A stretch of DNA of 49,480 nucleotides, taken from a virus (Duplodnaviria > Caudoviricetes). The stretch spans positions 1-49,480 of IMG/VR virus record IMGVR_UViG_3300030376_002587, one strand, 5' to 3'. Below, piece by piece: positions 42,427 through 49,480 of the stretch. The translations under genes and the position numbers were made by a program. Below the pieces are notes generated by a model. That model was not told the DNA's origin. It ran no database searches and saw only the letters and a list, made by a program, of their open reading frames with translations. Every line of letters begins with the position of its first letter. Position 1 is the first letter of the stretch.

Positions 42427-44429
42427 TGGCTACAACAGTTGACACATTATTAGTTCGTATTCAATCAGATATGTCTGAACTCCGTCGTGATTTGAAAAAA
42501 ATCGAAACTCAGACAAAAACTTCTACAAATAAAGTATCATCATCATTTAAGATGATGGCATTAGCAATAAAAGGAACAATTGCTGCAGTTGGAGTGGCTT
42601 TAATTACCAATCTTGGTAAAAAAATGGTATCTATGGCATCTGATGCCGAAGAGTCAACATCAAAGGCGCGAGTTGTTTTTGGTAAAAATTTTGGTGCTGT
42701 TGAAAAAGAATTAGATGAATTTGGTAATGCTGTAGGTCGTGCAACTATAGATTTGGTTACAATGGCATCATCTGTACAAGATACTTTCGTACCTATGGGT
42801 TTTGCTAGAGAAGATGCTTCCAAATTATCAGTACAATTATCGAAATTAGCCGTTGATGTAGCATCTTTTAACAATGCTTCAGATGCGGATACAATGAGAG
42901 CATTTCAGAGTGCAATTGTTGGAAATCATGAAACTGTCCGTAGATTTGGTGTTGTCATTACAGAAGCAACATTAAAACAAGAATTGATGCGAATGGGCAT
43001 CAACAAAAGTATGAAAGAGGTAACAAATGCTGAGAAAGTTCAAGCAAGATTAAATCTTATTATTGATGGAACATCTGATGCACACGGAGATGCAACCGAA
43101 ACAGCCCATTCATTTGCAAATGAAAGTAAAGCATTGGGTTCTGCATTAAAGGAATTATCAAATGAAATAACAGCAGATTTATTGCCAGCATTAGCCAAAC
43201 TCGTTGGGTTTTTGACTAAAGTAATTGAAAGGCAAAAAGAATTAAGAGCAGAAAACAAAAAAGTGTTTGAAAAAACTCAACTGGAAATACTAGAAGCTTA
43301 TAAAAAACAATTAGATGGTATAAACAAAAGTTTAGAAGATGGTATTTTTATTTTTTCAAGTAAAGAACAGCATTTGGAAACCAAAGCACATTTAGAAAGC
43401 CAAATAAAATTATTTGAAGAAATGCTTGATATAAATAAAAAAATTACTAAAGAAATGCGTGAAAGACATTTAGAAGAGGGGGTTGAAACAAAGAGAAAAT
43501 TAAAATCTTTTCAAGATTTGAGAGTTGGAAATACTACAGCTGGTCAATCAATACATTCACAAGGCAGACCAGATTTTGTTCCTAAACCATCAACAGACCC
43601 ATCTGTTTTAAAAGAATTTAAGAAAAATTTAGAAGCAATTAGAATTGCAAGAATTAGAGGTCAATCAAGTCAAGGTGAAGCATTTGTAGCAATGATTGAG
43701 GAAGCAAAATTTGAAGAAGAATTTTCAAGACAAAGAAAAACAAATCAAGAAGAGTTTTTTGAAGATACAAAAAAATTTACAGATGGTTCAATAAAACTTT
43801 CTCAAGCTAGAGTAAATGCATTAACTGAAGAATTTAAAAATCAAAAAGCAATAAGAGAACAATTAACTGATGTTGCAATCAGAGGATTTGATAAAATGGA
43901 AAATGCTATGTTGGATTTTGCTGATGGAACAACAAAAGGATTTGATGGAATAAGAGACTCAATGAGATTTTTTATAAAGGATTTACAAAGAACAATGTTA
44001 AGAATGTTAGTATTTAATAAGATTAAAAATGCTATATTTGGAACATCATTTGCTACAGCAAATATGGGTGATATTGGTTCTAATATAATGGGAATGTTTG
44101 GTGGTGGAGGAGGAGGTGGTACATTTGGTGCATCTGATAGTTTTGCAAAAGGTGGCACAATGCAGAAAGGTAGGCCTTATCTTGTAGGAGAAAGAGGAGC
44201 AGAATTGTTTGTTCCTAATACTGGTGGCACTCTTATGAACAATATGAATACAAGAAATATGGGTGGAGGAGCAACAATTGTAAATCAAACCATCAATGTA
44301 GAAACAGGAGTTGCCCCTACAGTAAGAGCAGAAATTATGAATTTATTACCATCTATTAAGAGAGATACAATATCATCATTGATAGAAGCAAAAAAGAGGG
44401 GTGGTAATATTGCTACTGCATTTGCATAA
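42426..44429 (+). CDS. Tail tape measure protein
   Basis: Long helical Ala-rich protein; C-terminal FAKGG...YLVGERGAELFVP. Confidence 0.92.
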   Translation: MATTVDTLLVRIQSDMSELRRDLKKIETQTKTSTNKVSSSFKMMALAIKGTIAAVGVALITNLGKKMVSMASDAEESTSKARVVFGKNFGAVEKELDEFGNAVGRATIDLVTMASSVQDTFVPMGFAREDASKLSVQLSKLAVDVASFNNASDADTMRAFQSAIVGNHETVRRFGVVITEATLKQELMRMGINKSMKEVTNAEKVQARLNLIIDGTSDAHGDATETAHSFANESKALGSALKELSNEITADLLPALAKLVGFLTKVIERQKELRAENKKVFEKTQLEILEAYKKQLDGINKSLEDGIFIFSSKEQHLETKAHLESQIKLFEEMLDINKKITKEMRERHLEEGVETKRKLKSFQDLRVGNTTAGQSIHSQGRPDFVPKPSTDPSVLKEFKKNLEAIRIARIRGQSSQGEAFVAMIEEAKFEEEFSRQRKTNQEEFFEDTKKFTDGSIKLSQARVNALTEEFKNQKAIREQLTDVAIRGFDKMENAMLDFADGTTKGFDGIRDSMRFFIKDLQRTMLRMLVFNKIKNAIFGTSFATANMGDIGSNIMGMFGGGGGGGTFGASDSFAKGGTMQKGRPYLVGERGAELFVPNTGGTLMNNMNTRNMGGGATIVNQTINVETGVAPTVRAEIMNLLPSIKRDTISSLIEAKKRGGNIATAFA

Positions 44430-45052
44430 TGTCTAATTATTCTACAAGTTATCCATTAACAATGCCAACAAGTCCAAGCAATTTTAAGACTTCAACATTT
44501 ACATTAGAGAGAAGAAGTGCAATATCAGAAAGCCCATTTACTGGGAAACAACAAGTACAATTGTTTAGTAATTTTAGTTTCTGGAGAGCACAATTGACAT
44601 TGCCTCCAATGAAAAGAACAGATGCTGGAGCTTGGACAGCATTTTTTGCAAAATTAAGAGGAAGAAGTGGTACATTTTTACTTGGAGACCCAGATGGTAG
44701 TCAACAGGGAAGTGGTACAGGAAGTATTACATTAGCATCTGCAACGGCAGTAGGGAATACAAGAATATCAACAACTGGATACAATGAGGGTAATGGAACA
44801 GTTGTTTTAAAGGCTGGGGATTATATTTCTATAAATAATGATTTGCATTTAGTTATAGCAGATGCCACAAAATCTGGCACAAATGTAAATGTAGATATTG
44901 AACCACAAATTCGTGCTGTTCATAATTCATCAACAACAGTTGTTATAAGCAGTGCAAAAGGAGTTTTTAGATTAGATAGCGAAATCATATCTTGGGATGC
45001 AAATGAGTCAAGCATTTATGGTTTTAGTTTTTCTTGTAGCGAGGCAATATGA
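44429..45052 (+). CDS. Distal tail (Dit-like) protein
   Basis: Follows the tape measure; SPFTG.QQ, W...LTLPP, LRGR.G.F. Confidence 0.7.
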   Translation: MSNYSTSYPLTMPTSPSNFKTSTFTLERRSAISESPFTGKQQVQLFSNFSFWRAQLTLPPMKRTDAGAWTAFFAKLRGRSGTFLLGDPDGSQQGSGTGSITLASATAVGNTRISTTGYNEGNGTVVLKAGDYISINNDLHLVIADATKSGTNVNVDIEPQIRAVHNSSTTVVISSAKGVFRLDSEIISWDANESSIYGFSFSCSEAI

Positions 45053-45606
45053 CCAGAACACTCACAACTGCTGTAACAAATCTCTTAGATGATGATTTAG
45101 TAAATCCATTTATAGCAGTAAAAATTCCATTCCCAAGTGGTGCAATGAGAGTATGGACAGGATTAGGAGATATAACTGTTGATAGTGAAACATATTCTGG
45201 TGTTGGAAGTTTTTTAAGTTTGAGTTCAATTACAGAAACTATGGAAATCAAGGCAACTGGAATAACTATTAGTTTATCTGGTGTTCCATCTAATATGATT
45301 GGCTCATTATTAACAGATGAATTTCAAGGAGTAACTTGTGTTGTTCATTTTGGTTTTCTTGGCGATTCAAATGCAGTTACAGGAGTTATAAAAGTATATC
45401 AAGGAATTGCTGACAATTGTGATATTGCAGAAACAGGAAAAACATCAGTTGTTTCTTTTAACATAGAAAGTCGTTTAATATCTTTAGATGATAAAGTTAA
45501 TAGAAGATATACAAATGAAGACCAACAAATTGACCATTCAACAGATACAAGTTTAAGATTTGTTCCAGCATTGCAAGATAAAGAAATAATTTGGGGTAGA
45601 GGATGA
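45049..45606 (+). CDS. Minor tail/hub protein
   Basis: WTGLG...YSGVG...RRYTNEDQ...WG. Confidence 0.7.
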   Translation: MTRTLTTAVTNLLDDDLVNPFIAVKIPFPSGAMRVWTGLGDITVDSETYSGVGSFLSLSSITETMEIKATGITISLSGVPSNMIGSLLTDEFQGVTCVVHFGFLGDSNAVTGVIKVYQGIADNCDIAETGKTSVVSFNIESRLISLDDKVNRRYTNEDQQIDHSTDTSLRFVPALQDKEIIWGRG

Positions 45607-45808
45607 TTGCATTTCTTCCAGCACTGATTGCTGGGGCATTGTCTGCCTCTGTAACAGTTGCCGCTAATTATTTTGCCACAACAGCTCTTATGGCTGGGCA
45701 TCTTTTGCAACATCTGCTGTATTAACCCTTGCAACAAGTTTATTAGCTCCAAAACCAGATTTAGGATTATTACAATCACAAAATGATGCTGTTCAAGATA
45801 GAAAACAG
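45603..45808 (+). pseudogene. Frameshifted N-terminus of the tail-tip protein gene
   Basis: ATG 45603 (MIAFLPALIAG...) stops at ~45723. The -1 frame is open from 45668 (ASFATSAVLTLATSLLAPKP...) into the 45809 ORF. Confidence 0.6.
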
Positions 45809-48379
45809 ATGGTTAGAGCACCATTATCAGCAAGAAGAATTGTTTATGGAAGAAGTAAAGTATCTGGAACAATCGTTTTCATAGAGAGTTCTAATAATAA
45901 TCAAGATTTATATATTATTGTAGCTATTGCTGGACATGAGATAGATGGTGTTGAAAGAATTTATGTTGGAGATACACCAGTTGCTTTTGATGACCATTTA
46001 CCAACAGGCTTTAGAGATACAGTTCAAGCTAGTGAATTTCTTGGAAAATTAAAAATGCAAGTTCTTTTAGGAACAGACACACAAACATTACCATCTGATT
46101 TTACAACTAATACTGAATTAACAACAAATGACCAATTTAAAGGCATTGCTTGTATTTGTGTTAAATTAACATTTGACCAAGATGTTTTTCCTAACGGAAT
46201 ACCAACAATATCTGCAATTATAAGAGGCAAAAAAATCCTTGACCTTGAGAGACAAGCTCTTGGGCTGAGTCCAGATGTTATTTATACTAATAATCCAGCA
46301 TACATTTTTAGAGATTATTTAAAAGATACTCAATATGGTCTTTCTGTTGCTGATAGTGAATTAGATGATGACCAAATAAAAGATGAAGGAGTATTTGCTA
46401 ATGGTAATATTCTTCATGCAGATTTAGGTGATAATAGGCAGTTTCAAGCACAATCAGCAGATACTAATGCGAATACGACTAGTATGTTAGCTCGTATGCA
46501 TTATATCCATGACGGAGCAAATATTACTTTACATGATGGAGATAGAATTAAAACTGTAACTGATGAAGATGGATTTTCTCGATTTTCAATAATGTACGTT
46601 ATTATAAGTGATGGTTTAACAAAACTACATAATACAAATAGAAGAGCGCAATCTTTTAAATTAGCAAGTACTGCTACAAATTGGAAAAGAAGATTTGCTG
46701 ATGTAACAATACAAGCTAGTGCTACAACTCTTTTTACAAGAGTTACAGAAATTAAATATAGTTGTGATGGAACATTATTATCAAGTGCAAGTCATAAAGA
46801 CAATATAACTCAAATATTATCATCATGTGGTGGCTCTATGACATACACAGGAGGTGTTTTTCGTATGGCTGTATCAAGATATGTAGCACCAAGTGTTTCA
46901 TTGTCTGATGATGATTTTGTGGGAGATATAGAATTAAAACCTAAAGTGCCAAGAAGAGATAGATTTAATGGTGTAAAGGGAACATTTATTGGTCCAGAAA
47001 ATGATTGGCAAGGAGCAGATTTTCCAGCATTTCAACAAACAAGTTTTAGTAATGCTGATGGTCAAGTTATTTACAGAGATTTTACACAAAATATGTGTAT
47101 ATCTAATTTTCAAGCACAAAGAGTAGCAAAAACAATATTATTTCAATCAAGGAATGAAATTACTATGTCATGTGTTGTCAATCTTAAAGGATTGCAATTA
47201 TTACCAAATGATAGAGTCAATATTACAAATACAAGATTTGGATTTACAAATCAGATATTCAAAGTTATGGATATGACACTAGGAACAACAGCAGATAATG
47301 GAATTGGAGTTAATCTTGTATTACAAGAGGATACATCACAAGCCTATGATTTTGATTCAAATGCAGAACAAGTTATAGTTGACCCAACACCAGATACAAT
47401 ATTGCCTACATTTAGAACAGTTGCTACACCAACTATTTCTTCTTTTACAAATGTTGGAGATTTAAATAATGATGGAGTTTTACTTTCTTCTGCAAAAGTT
47501 GTATTTGCAGAAAGCACTACTGGTTTTGTTAAAAAGACAGAAGTTGAATTACAAGTTAATTTAAATAATAATTTTTTAACACAAAGCACACAATCTTTAG
47601 CAAGTGGCATTACAGAAACAAGATTTGGTGGTTTAATCGTTGGTAGAACTTATAGAGTTAAAGTTACTTGTCATACAATACATGATGTAAGGAGTGCTAC
47701 AGCAACTTCGAATAATCTAGTAATCACAGCAGATACTACAGCACCTAATATATTTACTGGATTAACTGCTACAGGAATAGGAGGGGGAGTTCTATTGGAG
47801 TTTACAAATCCAAGTGATGCTGATTTTAGGGGTGCAGAATTTGTCATGCAAACAGGAACAGGAAACCCAAATTCTGGTTCTCCAACAATAAATTTCTCTG
47901 TAACAGGAGCACCATCAAAAGCAATGAAAATAACTAGAGATGGTCTTACTGTTGGTACACAACAAAGATTTTGGATTAGGTCAATAGATTTTACTGGAAA
48001 TACAAGTGCATTCTTCCCAGACAATGCAAATGGTATTACTGCAACTCCAATAGCTGGTGGTACTGATGTTAGAAATTCAAGTGGTACAAGTATTGTTTCA
48101 AATGGTGTTGCAACATTAGGTGCTCTCGGAACTGTTGACCAAATAACAAGTGGGAATAGTGGTAGTTTAATTGGAAATGATGCAATAGTAACAGCACATT
48201 TATCTGCTGATTGTGTAACTGCTGATGAAATATTTGTTGGTGATTTATCTTCCGTTTCTGCAACTATTGGAACATTAAGAACAGCAACATCTGGAGCAAG
48301 AATGGAAGTACATTCAGATAAAATTCAAGTTTTTGATAGCAATGGCAATGAAAGAGTTAGATTAGGTAATTTATCGTGA
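45809..48379 (+). CDS. Tail tip/host-specificity protein (lambda J-like central fibre)
   Basis: RRIVYGR, IAGHEI, NNPA, NGVKGTF, FN3-like repeats, C-terminal ERVRLGNL. Confidence 0.85.
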   Translation: MVRAPLSARRIVYGRSKVSGTIVFIESSNNNQDLYIIVAIAGHEIDGVERIYVGDTPVAFDDHLPTGFRDTVQASEFLGKLKMQVLLGTDTQTLPSDFTTNTELTTNDQFKGIACICVKLTFDQDVFPNGIPTISAIIRGKKILDLERQALGLSPDVIYTNNPAYIFRDYLKDTQYGLSVADSELDDDQIKDEGVFANGNILHADLGDNRQFQAQSADTNANTTSMLARMHYIHDGANITLHDGDRIKTVTDEDGFSRFSIMYVIISDGLTKLHNTNRRAQSFKLASTATNWKRRFADVTIQASATTLFTRVTEIKYSCDGTLLSSASHKDNITQILSSCGGSMTYTGGVFRMAVSRYVAPSVSLSDDDFVGDIELKPKVPRRDRFNGVKGTFIGPENDWQGADFPAFQQTSFSNADGQVIYRDFTQNMCISNFQAQRVAKTILFQSRNEITMSCVVNLKGLQLLPNDRVNITNTRFGFTNQIFKVMDMTLGTTADNGIGVNLVLQEDTSQAYDFDSNAEQVIVDPTPDTILPTFRTVATPTISSFTNVGDLNNDGVLLSSAKVVFAESTTGFVKKTEVELQVNLNNNFLTQSTQSLASGITETRFGGLIVGRTYRVKVTCHTIHDVRSATATSNNLVITADTTAPNIFTGLTATGIGGGVLLEFTNPSDADFRGAEFVMQTGTGNPNSGSPTINFSVTGAPSKAMKITRDGLTVGTQQRFWIRSIDFTGNTSAFFPDNANGITATPIAGGTDVRNSSGTSIVSNGVATLGALGTVDQITSGNSGSLIGNDAIVTAHLSADCVTADEIFVGDLSSVSATIGTLRTATSGARMEVHSDKIQVFDSNGNERVRLGNLS

Positions 48380-48657
48380 GTTATGGATTTAAAACTTTAA
48401 AGTCTAATGGTTCAATAGCATTTTCAACTTCAGATGTTACTTGGAATCAAGTTGCTTTTTTTCAAGTTAATGGTGGTTCTAGTGCAAGCAATACTTATTC
48501 TGTATTATCTGGAAAAACAGTATTGACTGTTCAAATGTTTATAGACCCACCCAGTACTTCTGCTAAATCTATTGCACACACAGTTTCTCAAAGTGGGAAT
48601 ACTATTAATGTATCTGGTGGCAATCAAAATACTTTAATCTTGGTATTAATGCAATGA
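48376..48657 (+). CDS. Small tail-tip associated protein
   Basis: MSYG start, immediately after the J-like gene. Confidence 0.65.
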   Translation: MSYGFKTLKSNGSIAFSTSDVTWNQVAFFQVNGGSSASNTYSVLSGKTVLTVQMFIDPPSTSAKSIAHTVSQSGNTINVSGGNQNTLILVLMQ

Positions 48658-49480
48658 GTTATGGATTTTTAGCAACAAATGATAACGGAAAAGTTTTAAT
48701 TTCTAGCGAAACTAGAAATTTGCATTTTCTAGTCAAAAATACAAATCCTACAGTTTCTAATAGTGCTTCGGATTATGGAGGATTTAAAGAATTAACATAT
48801 ACAATTACTTCATCATATACTCCAGTACCATTTTTTACTATTCCTACAAATGATTATTATGGGATAGTAGGAGTTAAAAATACAAGTGGTACTACTTGGA
48901 CAATAAAAATGATTAAATCTGGAACTGGAACTACATATCCAACTCTATATGTTTTTGCAGATGCCAGAGGTGTTAGTTCTACTGAAAGTTATGGTATGAA
49001 AGTTATGTTAAGCGACGGAACTGCATCTTTTGATAGTAGAAAAGAACCTTTAGCTGTTACAGGAGGAACATCAGTTACACATCCAAGTAATCCATTAACT
49101 ACTGCTATTTCTGGTTTAAATGCTTTTCAATGTAGTAGTGGAACGACGCATAGCGAACACACTCCAGATAATGAAAGTTCTGGTCAAAATGTAGGAACAC
49201 TATCTTCAAACCCAATATTTCATTATTCTTCTCTAGCACAAGCAGAAAGAAGAGCAAGTTTTTCTGGAACTACATCAACTTGCATTGGTTTTTCTTATGG
49301 AAGTTGTGTTGGTTTTGAAGAAACAGATGCTTTTATATCTACATATTGGGCATTTTATAGAGGTGGAATTAGATTAAGTGGAACTAATGTTTTTGCTGGG
49401 TGGATTACAGTCTTAGGTGGTTGTTTTTGGAGTACCAATCAATCGAGTGCTATATTAGGAATTGATACGAGTAACGAATC
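48654..49480 (+). CDS. Tail-tip/receptor-binding protein, truncated by the window end
   Basis: MSYGFLATNDNG... is open to the last base; internal SYG repeat; Cys-rich distal part. Not in the track because it has no stop. Confidence 0.7.
   Translation, partial: MSYGFLATNDNGKVLISSETRNLHFLVKNTNPTVSNSASDYGGFKELTYTITSSYTPVPFFTIPTNDYYGIVGVKNTSGTTWTIKMIKSGTGTTYPTLYVFADARGVSSTESYGMKVMLSDGTASFDSRKEPLAVTGGTSVTHPSNPLTTAISGLNAFQCSSGTTHSEHTPDNESSGQNVGTLSSNPIFHYSSLAQAERRASFSGTTSTCIGFSYGSCVGFEETDAFISTYWAFYRGGIRLSGTNVFAGWITVLGGCFWSTNQSSAILGIDTSNE

Noticed and set aside
44095-44125. GGT/GGA repeat tract
   Set aside because: Encodes a poly-Gly linker of the tape measure protein.
294-48263. Numerous 60-150 aa antisense or alternate-frame ORFs in the track (e.g. 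4857-5195, 22316-22771, 42509-42874, 45399-45779)
   Set aside because: They are shadows of well-supported genes and lack RBS and motifs.
1-49480. Alternative genetic code or stop-codon reassignment
   Set aside because: Core genes are intact and densely packed under the standard code.

Overview
The window is an almost complete, circularly permuted genome of an AT-rich (roughly 30% GC by eye) tailed dsDNA phage with siphovirus architecture: HK97-type head, TP901-1/GTA-like tail, probably a marine alphaproteobacterial host (inference). Modules in order: end of tail-tip genes plus lysis cassette (1-3.3 kb); early/accessory islands behind a family of near-consensus sigma70 promoters that share a GTNNAC-N4-GTNNAC signature; replication (HTH initiator with iterons, T7 gp4/Twinkle-like primase-helicase); amidoligase-GGCT pair; recombination (PD-(D/E)XK nuclease, ERF); a candidate DNA-modification cluster (ParB, glycosyltransferase-like, Fe/2OG-oxygenase-like, PAPS-reductase IbrA-like, ParB IbrB-like); terminases; an extended portal; head genes; an ~8 kb fibre/spike cluster between capsid and neck; tail genes. 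I saw no integrase, DNA polymerase, canonical tRNA, CRISPR or reverse transcriptase. The most unusual signals are non-coding. Three structured intergenic RNAs carry single-stranded segments complementary to the phage's own repeated early-gene leaders or to SD motifs, and two tandem CCA-ended tRNA-like stems precede the holin. All functional calls come from motif recognition without database searches.
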